NCBI GenBank assembly: GCA_965208835.1
Contig: OZ242358.1
Span: 3,584,001 to 3,648,000, forward strand
Direction of reading: 5' to 3'
From: Candidatus Latescibacterota bacterium
Lineage (GTDB): Bacteria > Latescibacterota > UBA2968 > GCA-2709665
Length of the DNA stretch: 64,000 bases
The notes under the pieces are model-generated. The model worked only from the letters and a program-made list of their open reading frames with translations. It searched no databases and was not told the DNA's origin. Positions 39,217-49,309 of this stretch are shown here, in pieces; within the stretch, counting starts at the first letter, position 1, and every line of letters starts with the position of its first letter. The translations under genes and the position numbers were made by a program.

Positions 39217-39371
39217 GTGTCCTGTCCCAAAAATTCCTCACCATTCGACCGCCGATTCATCCCGTCTCGCTACGTTCCCCTCGCTCGCCGACCTTACGCA
39301 GGTCGGTGGCGCCTTGCGAGCCAAGCGACTCGGCGGTCGAATTTTGGCAACTTATTTTCGACACAGAACAC
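39217..39371 (+). mobile_element. MITE family C, copy 1 (degenerate)
   Basis: TIR GTGTCCTGTCCCAAAAAT...ATTTTCGACACAGAACAC; inner ATTCGACCGCCGA/TCGGCGGTCGAAT; homologous to 56664-56825. Confidence 0.75.
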
Positions 39372-39617
39372 CAGGCGTTCCGCTCAATGAAGATCCCCGC
39401 ATTGCAGTTTTATCCGGGCCTTCGCCCGTTGCAGCCACCGGTGCATCCATCCGTCCCCAGGAAATGAATAGATAATAACGATCGCTCATATGTCAAGGCA
39501 AAAACCGCCACTGGCGCCGCCCTGCGCATGGAAGTTGCCGGGCGCTCGACCGATGGATATATTAGATGCCGCACAGCCGTCGCTGACCGTCATTCTCAAC
39601 GCCCGGTCCGCGTATAA

Positions 39618-39777
39618 CAGCCCGTTGAAAAAGCCCATCCGGGCTACGGCCGGCCCTTGCGGTCGAAATCCTGCGTTGCGCTCCCTCGCCGAATCGCAGG
39701 ATGGGACTCGGTCGCGCGCCTTGTCTTCGGCCACAATGGCTCGGCCTCGCCTGCAAAGCGACTTTATCAACGGACTG
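39618..39777 (+). mobile_element. MITE family A, copy 4 (160 bp)
   Basis: Exact 4-bp duplication ATAA/ATAA. Confidence 0.9.
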
Positions 39778-39850
39778 ATAAACGCCGGAGTACCGTTGGT
39801 CGGACACGCGCCCGATGCCGATCGCCGGAATCCGAAGGAAAGGACTCCCG

Positions 39851-41413
39851 ATGTCCAGACTCCGGGACGTCAACACGACCGATATCGCCGACGCCATCCG
39901 TCTCGGCTGCCGCACCATGTGCAGCGTGTTCAACGCGGACGACAACAATGTCCCGTTCTTCAGTTCCAGGGTGCTCCCGGAAGCCCGGTTGAGCTTCAGT
40001 CCCGTACACTCCGAGTCCCACGTTCCCGGGCGCCACCTGAACGCCTTGCTCAACGCCGAAGACGCCATCGGGATCGAACTGGACGAACGCTGCATCGACA
40101 ACCACGCCAACGCCGCCTTTCTTGCCTACGGGGGCCCGGTTGCGCTGCCGATCAACCGGGACGAAGTTGGCGGGCCTCAGGTCAACTTCACACCGCATAA
40201 CTGCCGGGAAGGATTTCATGCGTTGTACCCGCTGGTCCGTTTCCGGCGTTCCGAACGCGCCCGTGAGATCGCCGAAGCCAGTATCCGCTCGATTCATGAG
40301 TGCTGGAGTCCGGCAACCGGCTGGAACTACGATTACCTCGAAGGCCAACTTGGACTCAAGGTCTTTCGCTCCACTTTCGTCGTCGGGCTTGGACGGTCCA
40401 TCGGTCCGCTGGTGAAGTACTATAGGGCAACGGGGCACGGCGCCGCACTCGATCTGGCCATCGTCCTGAAAGACAGAGCGCTGGACTATTTCAATGAAAA
40501 CGGCGACTACAACCGCGAGGCCTTCGGGGCGCATACACACTCCACCACGTGCGTGATGTCGTCCCTGGCACAGTTGGCCGAACTGACGTCGGACGCCCTG
40601 CTGATGGACCGTGTGAAAGCCTTTTACGACAACGGCCTCCGTGAAATCAGCGATCCGCTCGGCTGGGTGATCGAGAACAGCGGTGACGAAGCTCCTGCCG
40701 ACAAGGGAGAAATCAACAACTCCGGAGACATTCTCGAAACCGCGCTGATCCTGGGTCGTTGGGGATATACCGGGTACTACGACGACGCCGAACGCATTCT
40801 GCGGTGCCACATTCTGCCTTCCCAACTCCGCGACATTTCATTTATCGACGATCCGCCCAACCCCGACGGAGATGACGGCAAACGGGACGTCGCCAACCGG
40901 CACGTGGGCGCCTTCGGCTTTCCGGCCCCCTACGGCCACCGCCCGATCGGCGCGGAATCCGTGAGTTTCAACATGGATATCGTGGGGGGCGGGGTGGGCT
41001 CACTCTGCGAAGCCTACCGGGAAACCGCGCGAACCGACGGCGCGGGCCACCGTGTCAATCTGTTGTTCGACCACGAAACGCCGTCCCTGAAAATCGAATC
41101 TCCATACACGCATTCGGCGCTGAGCGTGCGCGTAAAACGCCCGGGACCGCTATGGGTGCGTGTCCCTTCCTGGATGGACGCGTCGAAGATCAGCATCCAG
41201 GGTGCGACGGTAGCCCCGCGCCAGACGAACGGCTATCTCTACGTCGCCCGGCCCCCGCTCAACCGTCCGATCACTTTCGAGTTTCCGCTCGTCGAACGGG
41301 AAATCGTGCTGAATCACCGTACCCGTCAGATTCGTGTACGCCTGCAGGGAGACGCAGTTGCGGCGATGGACAACTTCGGCGCGGATCTGACGTTTTTCGA
41401 TCCGTACGAATAA
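39851..41413 (+). CDS. Hypothetical protein, GH127/GH146-like (alpha/alpha)6-barrel architecture
   Basis: ATG at 39851 with AAGGA; HTHS, YYDDAERILR and LWVRVPSW resemble beta-L-arabinofuranosidase-like folds. Confidence 0.55.
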   Translation: MSRLRDVNTTDIADAIRLGCRTMCSVFNADDNNVPFFSSRVLPEARLSFSPVHSESHVPGRHLNALLNAEDAIGIELDERCIDNHANAAFLAYGGPVALPINRDEVGGPQVNFTPHNCREGFHALYPLVRFRRSERAREIAEASIRSIHECWSPATGWNYDYLEGQLGLKVFRSTFVVGLGRSIGPLVKYYRATGHGAALDLAIVLKDRALDYFNENGDYNREAFGAHTHSTTCVMSSLAQLAELTSDALLMDRVKAFYDNGLREISDPLGWVIENSGDEAPADKGEINNSGDILETALILGRWGYTGYYDDAERILRCHILPSQLRDISFIDDPPNPDGDDGKRDVANRHVGAFGFPAPYGHRPIGAESVSFNMDIVGGGVGSLCEAYRETARTDGAGHRVNLLFDHETPSLKIESPYTHSALSVRVKRPGPLWVRVPSWMDASKISIQGATVAPRQTNGYLYVARPPLNRPITFEFPLVEREIVLNHRTRQIRVRLQGDAVAAMDNFGADLTFFDPYE

Positions 41414-41502
41414 GCCCGCCACGACGCGAACGGAACGCCAGGCTTGCTACAGAATCAGTCAGCAAGGCACGGACACCGTCGAGCCATTGAAAGGAGCCGC
41501 GT

Positions 41503-42597
41503 TTGAAGATCACCCACGTCGAGGCCACTCCGATCCGCGTACCGCGCCCGCAGCCCTTTACCAGCAGTCTCGGGCGCAGCCAGGAAACCGAGAACGCGAT
41601 TGTCGAAATCCGGACCGACGAAGGCATCACGGGGATCGGCGAAGCCTGCAGCATCTGGGACCGCAAGGGCCGGGGTCAGGCCGAAGACATCAACGATCTG
41701 CTGGCAGAGGCCCTATCGGGCCGGGACCCGTTCCGAATCGCAGAAATCCACGCCCTGATGAACAGCCTGCTGCACCGCTCCGAACCCGCGAAGGCCGGCG
41801 TGGACATGGCCCTCTACGACATCGTCGGCAAGTCGCTGAACACCCCGGTTTACAATCTGCTTGGCGGGCGGGTCCATGACCGCGTTCTACTCAGCCATTC
41901 GCTCTCCATGGGCCAACCGGATCAGGTGGCTGAGCAGGCCGCCTCTCTGGCGATGCAGGGATACGGGACGCTCAAGGCAAAAATCGGCATGGATGCAGAC
42001 GCCGATCTTGCCACCGTCGAGGCCATCCGCAGTCGTGTGGGAAACGACGTCGTACTGCGCGTGGACGCCAACATGGGCTGGCGCAATGCCAAGGAGGCCG
42101 TGCGCAACATCAAATCCCTCGAACCCTGCCGGCTCGAACTGGTGGAACAACCCCTGCATTTCAGCGATCTGGAGGGCCTGCGGCACATCCGGGATCACGT
42201 GGATACGCCCATTATGGCCGACGAGAGTGTCTGGACGCCGGCAGACGCCATGGCCTGCATCAGGGCCGGTGCGGTGGACGTCTTCAATGTTTACGTGGCC
42301 GAAGCCGGGGGCATCTATCCCGCTGCGCAGATCTTCGCCATCGCCGAAGCAGCCCGCCTGCCCTGCATCATCGGCAGCATGCCTGAGCTCGGCATCGGGA
42401 CTTCCGCACAGGCCCACCTCGCGTTTGCCATGCGAAACCTGGGTTATGCCAGCGACGTAAACGGCTTTGTCTATCACGCGGACGACGTCATCGTCGAAAC
42501 CCTTCAAATTTCGGACGGTCATCTACTGCCGCCCCCCGGACCCGGACTGGGCGTAAGCCTGGACCGGGACAAAGTCGACCGGTACCGCATCGCCTGA
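41503..42597 (+). CDS. Enolase-superfamily protein, muconate lactonizing enzyme/mandelate racemase subgroup
   Basis: GIGEA, DMALYDI.GK....PVY.LLGG, KAK, VDAN, EQP, ADES, PGLG. Confidence 0.9.
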   Translation: MKITHVEATPIRVPRPQPFTSSLGRSQETENAIVEIRTDEGITGIGEACSIWDRKGRGQAEDINDLLAEALSGRDPFRIAEIHALMNSLLHRSEPAKAGVDMALYDIVGKSLNTPVYNLLGGRVHDRVLLSHSLSMGQPDQVAEQAASLAMQGYGTLKAKIGMDADADLATVEAIRSRVGNDVVLRVDANMGWRNAKEAVRNIKSLEPCRLELVEQPLHFSDLEGLRHIRDHVDTPIMADESVWTPADAMACIRAGAVDVFNVYVAEAGGIYPAAQIFAIAEAARLPCIIGSMPELGIGTSAQAHLAFAMRNLGYASDVNGFVYHADDVIVETLQISDGHLLPPPGPGLGVSLDRDKVDRYRIA

Positions 42598-42646
42598 AGC
42601 CGACCTGCAAATTCCGAAACTGTCCAATAGACCCACGGAGTACGCT

Positions 42647-43981
42647 ATGACATCCGCCAGAGCCGGGTGGGCCGAAATTGAAACGACCCCGCCGCTCGGA
42701 TTGCCCATGGGAGGGCGCGGTCCTCGTTTCACACCCGGAAAAGCCGTTCTCGATACGCTCATTGCGCAGGCCACTGTCCTGGAAGATTCCGGGGGCAACC
42801 GGACACTCTGGATCTCCGTGGACCTCGTGGGGCTGTCGCCGGTTATCGCTGAACCTCTCAGATATGACCTCTCCGCACTCACCGGCATTCCCATCGAAGC
42901 CGTAATCCTGAATTATTCCCACACCCACAGCGGCCCTATGGGCGGCTTCGAAGGCTACGCCACGCCCTTGCCCAAACCGACCGAACTCCATGCGTACGAC
43001 GAGTCCCTGTGCCGAAACATCATCCACGTCGCGCTCGCGGCAGTGGAAAACCTGCAACCGGTTACGGTGACCGAATACCGGGGCGCGTCGAAGGTAGGTA
43101 TCAACCGACGAAGAAAGGGCCCGTCCGGCGAGACTGGAATGGGTCCGGATCCTGATGGGGCACACAACCCGGACCTGTGGCTGATCGACGTTTCCGCGCT
43201 GGACGGCGGCGACCGGTGCGTGGTTTTCAGCTACGGATGTCACCCAGTCATTGTCTACGGTTACGCGTGGGACGGCATCTCCGCCGACTTTCCGGGTGTC
43301 TGCCGCAATACGCTTCGATCTGAACTCGGCGCAAACGTGCATTGTCAGTTCATCCAGGGCCTCGCAGGGAACGTCAGACCCCGTGTCCTGGCTGATCTGA
43401 TCCGTGGCAGATTCCGTAAGTCGACGCCCGCCGACCCGGTGACCGCGGGAACGGAACTCGCGGGCGACGTTGTCCGGTCGCTTCGTAGCGCAGGCACGAG
43501 GCTGGATCTGGATATCGCCGCTGCTCAAGGGCGATTCCTCGCCCCGCGCGACCAGAGAAGAATACCCCCCGCGGACCACTGGCGATCGCTGTCTACTTCG
43601 GACGACGAACTCAGCCGGAATCTTGGCGGCTACTGGGTCGAGCGGCTCGAAAGCGGTATTCCACCGGTGAAGGCGGTACCCTGGCCCGTGGGTCTGATAC
43701 GCCTTGCAGAGGAGCGCCGGATCGCCTGGATCGCGGGAGAGGTCCTTGCCGAATGGCTTGGCCTCGTGAGAGCATGGCTGAACGACCCGAACCTGATCGC
43801 GTGGGGCTACTGCCAGGAGGGACGCGGTTATCTTCCAACGGACGAACTTCTGCCCGAAGGAGGCTACGAAGTCGACCGCGCCAACACGTACACCACCACC
43901 GGTCCGGGTCCCTTCGCCGAAGGACTCAACGCGTCGGCCCGGCAGACCTTTCTGTCGCTGGCCCGTCAACTCCAGGCCTGA
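42647..43981 (+). CDS. Neutral/alkaline ceramidase N-terminal-like metallohydrolase
   Basis: TTPP.G.PM.G, SHTHSGP, INRR, YGCHP, SADFPG, EGGYE. Confidence 0.8.
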   Translation: MTSARAGWAEIETTPPLGLPMGGRGPRFTPGKAVLDTLIAQATVLEDSGGNRTLWISVDLVGLSPVIAEPLRYDLSALTGIPIEAVILNYSHTHSGPMGGFEGYATPLPKPTELHAYDESLCRNIIHVALAAVENLQPVTVTEYRGASKVGINRRRKGPSGETGMGPDPDGAHNPDLWLIDVSALDGGDRCVVFSYGCHPVIVYGYAWDGISADFPGVCRNTLRSELGANVHCQFIQGLAGNVRPRVLADLIRGRFRKSTPADPVTAGTELAGDVVRSLRSAGTRLDLDIAAAQGRFLAPRDQRRIPPADHWRSLSTSDDELSRNLGGYWVERLESGIPPVKAVPWPVGLIRLAEERRIAWIAGEVLAEWLGLVRAWLNDPNLIAWGYCQEGRGYLPTDELLPEGGYEVDRANTYTTTGPGPFAEGLNASARQTFLSLARQLQA

Positions 43982-44060
43982 CACTTCTCCAGCCCGGCCT
44001 CCGGAATGCCCGTGACAACACCCATCCCGACAGCCGTTTACCCCTGACCGCACCGTCGAC

Positions 44061-45758
44061 ATGCCCGCAAACTGGCGCAACAGAGCCGCCGCACCCTTTG
44101 AGCCCCGGAAGCAGCCGGCAGCCGGATCGCGCGGCGTGGTTGCCGCCAATCATCCGATCGGCTCCGCCGCGGGCGCACAGATGTTTGCTCTGGGCGGGAA
44201 CGCCATCGACGCCGCGGTGGCCGCGCTCTTCGCCCTCAACGTCGTCGAGCCACAAATGGTAGGCCTCTTCGGCGCGGGCTGGATCAACATCCGCCTCGCC
44301 GACGGCACGCCCGTCATTCTGGACACGTATGCCTGCGCCCCTGCCGCGGCAGCGTCGGGCATGTATGCGCCCGTTTCCGACGCGTGGCCGGACTACATGC
44401 GGGCTGAAAACGACGCCAACAAAATCGGCCCGCTGGCCATCGGGGTTCCGGGCGCGCTGAAGGGATGGTGCGAGGCGCTCAGGCGCTGGGGCGAGCTGGA
44501 CCTGAAGACCGTCATTCAGCCCGCGATCCAGGTTGCCGAGAACGGATTTCCCGCCACCGGGTATCTGGCTGAATCCGTGGCGCAGAATGAGCGGCATCTG
44601 AGCCAATTCCCCGAAACAGCCCGCATTTTTCTGCCCAAAGGGCGGCCCCTTGCGCCGGGCACCCGGCTTGTTCAGCCCGATCTCGCCGCGTCCCTGCGGG
44701 ACATCGCCGATGGAGGTCCCGACGTACTCTATTGCGGCCCGCTTGGAAAGAGAATCGTCGATCACATCCAGGAAAGCGGCGGCGTCCTTACCATGGAAGA
44801 TCTGGCCGCCTATCGCGCCGTGCGGCGCAGCGCGGTCAGAGGAACCTACCGTGGATACGAACTCTCTGTGCCGTCGCCTCCCTGCTCCGGCGGCGTACAC
44901 CTGCTTCAGATCCTCAATCTGATGGAGGGATTCGACGTCGCGGATCTCGGATTCGGGACAGCGGAAAGCATCCACGTCCTGGCCGAATGCTTCAAGATCG
45001 CCTTTGCCGATCGCACAAAACACATGGGCGACCCCCGACATGTCGAAGTGCCCGTCGAATGGCTTACATCGAAAACCTATGGAGCTCAGCGACGCGAGGA
45101 GATCAACCTGGCGGTAGCGGCCCGTGTCGACGCGGGCATTCCGCCCTCAGCCGAATCCGCGTGTACCACCCATGTGACCGCCGCGGACGCGGCCGGCAAT
45201 GTGGCCTCCATGACCCAGACCATCAATGAAGCATTCGGCTGCAAGGCCATTGCCCCGGGAACCGGCCTGTTCCTGAACAACAATATGGCCCTCTTCGACC
45301 CTCACCCCGGTATGGCCAACTCGGTCGGACCCAACCGGCGTATGCTCAGCAGCAACGCGCCCACCATTGTAACCAGAAACGGCGAGCCCTGTTTCGCGTT
45401 GGGCACCCCCGGCGGCGTACGCATCTTTCCCGCCGTACTGCAGGCTATCGTCAACCTTGTCGACCACGGAATGACCCTGCAGGAAGCGGTTGAAGCTCCC
45501 AGGGTATGGACCCAGGGCCAGGAGCTGGAAATCGAACCCGTCATTCCCCGCGAGGTAAGAACCCGGCTCACCGCCCGCGGTCACGACGTACGCGAAGTCA
45601 ACACCGTTGCCGGAGGGATGAACGGCGTCGCCTACGATCACACCACCGGGACCATCTCGGGCGCCGCCTGCTGGCGCGCCGACGGGTCCCCAGTTGCCGT
45701 AGCAGGCGGACCGGCGCGCCCCGGAATCCGGTTCAGACCAGACGCCGGCCGGACGTAA
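44061..45758 (+). CDS. ggt: Gamma-glutamyltransferase family protein
   Basis: GGNAIDAAVA, VPG, PP.SGG, autocatalytic TTH, FLNNNM, LSSNAP, GTPGG. Confidence 0.92.
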   Translation: MPANWRNRAAAPFEPRKQPAAGSRGVVAANHPIGSAAGAQMFALGGNAIDAAVAALFALNVVEPQMVGLFGAGWINIRLADGTPVILDTYACAPAAAASGMYAPVSDAWPDYMRAENDANKIGPLAIGVPGALKGWCEALRRWGELDLKTVIQPAIQVAENGFPATGYLAESVAQNERHLSQFPETARIFLPKGRPLAPGTRLVQPDLAASLRDIADGGPDVLYCGPLGKRIVDHIQESGGVLTMEDLAAYRAVRRSAVRGTYRGYELSVPSPPCSGGVHLLQILNLMEGFDVADLGFGTAESIHVLAECFKIAFADRTKHMGDPRHVEVPVEWLTSKTYGAQRREEINLAVAARVDAGIPPSAESACTTHVTAADAAGNVASMTQTINEAFGCKAIAPGTGLFLNNNMALFDPHPGMANSVGPNRRMLSSNAPTIVTRNGEPCFALGTPGGVRIFPAVLQAIVNLVDHGMTLQEAVEAPRVWTQGQELEIEPVIPREVRTRLTARGHDVREVNTVAGGMNGVAYDHTTGTISGAACWRADGSPVAVAGGPARPGIRFRPDAGRT

Positions 45759-45870
45759 CGTCGAACCTTGCGTAAATTTCCCGACGCCGAATCCGGGAAG
45801 CTGAGTCGTCAGCACCTGCAAAACGGCGCTATTCAATCCTCTGCATTTGGAACCGGGAGATTCGTGGACA

Positions 45871-48630
45871 ATGTATCCCTGGCTGGAGACCTGGCATGGT
45901 GAATTCGATATCGCGGAGATGCTGGACTCCGGCCGATGGGAACGATACCGGACTCACGTCGAGCATCCCGCGACCATCTTCTCACGGAGCGATATCGACC
46001 GCGCCAGGGAAAACGTCTCCGACCACTCGTGGGCACGAAAGGCGTTGGAGACCCTTCTGGTTAGAGTCGAATCTGCGGGGACGGTTTCCGGGGAGTGGGT
46101 GCGGACCTATGTGCCGTCGACGACCCCTTTCTCGCCCCATTTTACCATGTGTCCAAAGTGCGAGTTCGCGCCAATGCACGGCGCCTACGACTGGTATCCG
46201 TACGATCCGGAACACATCCGCTGCAAGGGTTGCCGCACCGTATATCCAAACGACGAATATCCGGAAGACGTGGTCTTCGCTAGCCGCTTCGACACCGGGC
46301 AGAATATCACACTATATGGCGGGAAGTCGTGGCAGGCATACGGATACACGGCCATCCACTCCAGCTTTTCCGGCCATGCCCGCATACACCAGTGCCGGCA
46401 CGCGGCGAACACTGCCGAAGACCTGGCGCTGGCCTACGCGCTGACCGGAATACGGGACTACGCGTCGAGCGCAGCGTCTATCCTGAAACGGTTTGCCGAC
46501 GTCCATCCCGCGTATCTTGTACACTCCTCATACGGCGACATCGCGGACTTCGATCCGAAGGTCGCGGCAACCCGGGTCGATAATCTGCCCGAAGACGAAT
46601 GGTGTCCGCCGGGCAACAAACCGAACCGAAAGCTCCATCCCGGATACTGGGCCGTACTGCGCTGGGGCTCCTCCGGAGGAATGGAAGGCACCTCGCTGCA
46701 GAAACTTATCCTTGCCTACGACCTGGTGGCCGAAACCCTCTCAGACGCGGAAAAACGGCATATCGAGCACGACCTGTTCCTCGACGCGGCCGTGATGCTC
46801 TTCTCTGACGACGTTATCAACAACAAGACCGGTATGAACCGTTGCGCCGTCGGCCTGATCGGAATCGTCTGCGGCGACCCGCTGCTGATCCGTTTCGGCC
46901 TCGACGGCTTTGTGAGGGCCGTGAGGGACTGGTGGCTGCCCGACGGGGGAACACCGGAGTCAATCGGATACGCGGGCATGATGTTGTCCGGCATCTGGCG
47001 CATCGCCGAAGCCCTCAAGCGCTATTCGGATCCGGATGGCGTGGATCTGCCGCCGGCGCCTCTGCATCGAGTGGACCTCTACAGATGGCCGCGCTACCGG
47101 GCGGTCTGGCAGAACATGGCCCGTCCGCTCCTGCCGGACCTGAATTATCCTCTGCTGGCGGACAACCGGCTTCCCTGTCACCTCTCTGCCATGTTCGCCG
47201 ACATTCTCGCGCGCAACTACCCGACGGAAAACAACCGCATGCTTCAACGGGACATCGCCAGGATGGAACGCTGCTATGCCGGCCGCATCGCGCAGTTCTG
47301 GTACGGCGGCAACCTGGACACGGCGGCCGCCTTCTACCGGCAGTCTGTCGCTCTGCCTGATCGACCTCCCAGGTTCACCGACGATCTGGGGCCCCACCTG
47401 AACATCGGAACCCTGCGTACGGGACGAGAGGGAAGCGGCGGCGCGGTCATCCTCTACGGCGCGGACTGGAAGGGCCACCATCACCACGACCATCTCAATC
47501 TATACTATTGGAAGGAGGGTCGTGAACTGCTCACCGATCTCGGCTATCTGTGGGATATGGAAGACCTCCGTTACGGAGTCAACCGTACCTTCGCGCACAA
47601 TCTGGTGCTGGTTGACGGTGATGAGCAGGCAACGCGCGGCCGCCGGGCATCCTTTCAACTCTTTTCGGCATGTGCGCACGCGAAGGTGATGGAGGCCTCT
47701 TCCAACGTCTATCCGAACACCTCGGTCTACCGCCGGACGATCGCCATCGTCGGCAGCGGCCAGGGCGAATACGTCGTCGATATCTTCCGCGTCCGGGGCG
47801 GCGGCCGACACGACTGGGTCATGCACGGCCCTGACCGTTCCCTCGCAATCTCCGGTATGCGGACCAGCCCGACGGACGAAGAGATATACGATCTCACGCA
47901 GACACGTCATGGTCAGTCGGTATCCCCCTGGTCCGCCGCGTGGGCGCACGGCAACGGGGCGCCTTTCCGCGTACACTTCCCGGCGTGCGAATCCGAACAG
48001 GTTCTTGTCGGCGAGGGTTTCGGGCAGCGCAAGGCCCGCGACAGAGGCGCCACTGTCCCGTACCTCCTGCGCCGGCGAAACAACCGGGACAGCGCGTTCG
48101 TAACGGTGTATTCCGTTGGTAACGCCGTCAGCTCCGTACGCGTTCTCTACCTGAACCCGACCACACTCGCGACCGTCGTCGAGGTCACCACGAACACGGG
48201 GAGAGATGTGTTGATCAGCGCCGGTAACGACCGGGCCCCCGAGTCCGTCGAGCAGGCGGGCCTTTCCGTTCGCTTCAACGGCCGATTCGGTTTCATCTCG
48301 GGTGAAGACGCCTGGCTGGTCGGAGGCACATGTCTTCAACGAGGCGAAATCTCCCTCAAGCAAGACTTCGCGGCACTGTCCGGTCCCGTCCTGGAGACCC
48401 GTGTTGACGAGAGTGAATCCGGCCTGGTAACCGATGGCCAGAAGAGCCGGCTGCGCCAGCTGGTGGGTAGACACATCTTCGTAACCGAAGACGGAAATAG
48501 GATCCGGGCATATCCGGTTCTCGGGCTCACGGAGTCCGGAAGACAACCGGTGCTGGTCACACGTCGCGGCGACCGGGGTCACGATATCCGGGACGGCAAG
48601 TCGTGGATGGCCTGGCTGGATACATGCTGA
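45871..48630 (+). CDS. Heparinase II/III-like protein (putative oligosaccharide lyase)
   Basis: DGGTPESIGY, GHHHHDHLNL, TDLGY, AHNLVLVDG, YVVDIFRV.GG..HDW..HG; start at 45871 or 45847. Confidence 0.82.
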   Translation: MYPWLETWHGEFDIAEMLDSGRWERYRTHVEHPATIFSRSDIDRARENVSDHSWARKALETLLVRVESAGTVSGEWVRTYVPSTTPFSPHFTMCPKCEFAPMHGAYDWYPYDPEHIRCKGCRTVYPNDEYPEDVVFASRFDTGQNITLYGGKSWQAYGYTAIHSSFSGHARIHQCRHAANTAEDLALAYALTGIRDYASSAASILKRFADVHPAYLVHSSYGDIADFDPKVAATRVDNLPEDEWCPPGNKPNRKLHPGYWAVLRWGSSGGMEGTSLQKLILAYDLVAETLSDAEKRHIEHDLFLDAAVMLFSDDVINNKTGMNRCAVGLIGIVCGDPLLIRFGLDGFVRAVRDWWLPDGGTPESIGYAGMMLSGIWRIAEALKRYSDPDGVDLPPAPLHRVDLYRWPRYRAVWQNMARPLLPDLNYPLLADNRLPCHLSAMFADILARNYPTENNRMLQRDIARMERCYAGRIAQFWYGGNLDTAAAFYRQSVALPDRPPRFTDDLGPHLNIGTLRTGREGSGGAVILYGADWKGHHHHDHLNLYYWKEGRELLTDLGYLWDMEDLRYGVNRTFAHNLVLVDGDEQATRGRRASFQLFSACAHAKVMEASSNVYPNTSVYRRTIAIVGSGQGEYVVDIFRVRGGGRHDWVMHGPDRSLAISGMRTSPTDEEIYDLTQTRHGQSVSPWSAAWAHGNGAPFRVHFPACESEQVLVGEGFGQRKARDRGATVPYLLRRRNNRDSAFVTVYSVGNAVSSVRVLYLNPTTLATVVEVTTNTGRDVLISAGNDRAPESVEQAGLSVRFNGRFGFISGEDAWLVGGTCLQRGEISLKQDFAALSGPVLETRVDESESGLVTDGQKSRLRQLVGRHIFVTEDGNRIRAYPVLGLTESGRQPVLVTRRGDRGHDIRDGKSWMAWLDTC

Positions 48631-48695
48631 ACACCGGAACTGGCGGCGGGCTGCAACGCGCAGCGGACGCCGGGTGGTTAGAACCGCCGTATCCG

Positions 48696-48720
48696 GGAAC
48701 TTCGAACGGACGGAAGCGTT
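48696..48720 (+). promoter_or_regulatory. Possible ECF-sigma promoter
   Basis: GGAAC-16nt-CGTT about 50 bp upstream of the small secreted protein gene. Confidence 0.3.
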
Positions 48721-48768
48721 TCAGAGTTATACCCCTTTGTCGTCCTTCATTTCCGGCAGGAGGCCTCG

Positions 48769-49188
48769 GTGATGCCAGGCACATTCTTTCGCGCTCTTTC
48801 GGTTCTCGCCCTTGTGCATTTTATCGCGAGTCCTGCGGGAGGGGAACCTCCCGCGCCCGCGGATGCACTGAAGAGACAGCTGTCGAAACGCGGGGAAGGA
48901 TCAACCAGTGGGAAAATGCTGAAGGGGTTGCGACAGAGGCTTAATCGAAAACGGGATCTTGAGAAGGAACGCACAATGACTACAATCGCGCTGGAGCGCC
49001 TGTTGATACAGAGGTCGCCTCTGGATAACATGCCCATCGTCAACCCCGGCGCCGGTTTCGCGTTCAACATGCCCATCGCCCGACCGGACCCCAACATCGA
49101 CTACAAGCTGCGTATACTCAAGACGCCGGCCGTCACATACGTCGTGGATTCAATCCGGCCTGAATCGCGAAAATTCAAGCCCAAATGA
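48769..49188 (+). CDS. Small secreted hypothetical protein with NMPI repeats
   Basis: AGGAGG RBS; signal peptide; DNMPIVNP / FNMPIARP; followed by a terminator. Confidence 0.65.
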   Translation: MMPGTFFRALSVLALVHFIASPAGGEPPAPADALKRQLSKRGEGSTSGKMLKGLRQRLNRKRDLEKERTMTTIALERLLIQRSPLDNMPIVNPGAGFAFNMPIARPDPNIDYKLRILKTPAVTYVVDSIRPESRKFKPK

Positions 49189-49217
49189 CGAATCAGGGCA
49201 TTTTACGGTCGAAGACG

Positions 49218-49251
49218 AAAAAGGCTCCGGGTTCTTCCCGAAGCCTTTTTT
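49218..49251. terminator. Bidirectional intrinsic terminator
   Basis: AAAAAGGCTCCGGG-TTCTT-CCCGAAGCCTTTTTT between convergent genes. Confidence 0.75.
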
Positions 49252-49309
49252 GTGCCGGATTCGAAGGGATTGAGAGGCGACTACAACCCGGATCTGTGTT
49301 TGCATCGCG

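Noticed and set aside
39490-40200. Recurrent peptide SPLKKPIRATAGPCGRN...RLQSDFINGL in several ORFs, suggesting a repeat protein family or in-frame (RPE-like) insertions
   Set aside because: It is the translation of MITE family A. All copies are intergenic, and an insertion adds 164 bp, which is not a multiple of 3
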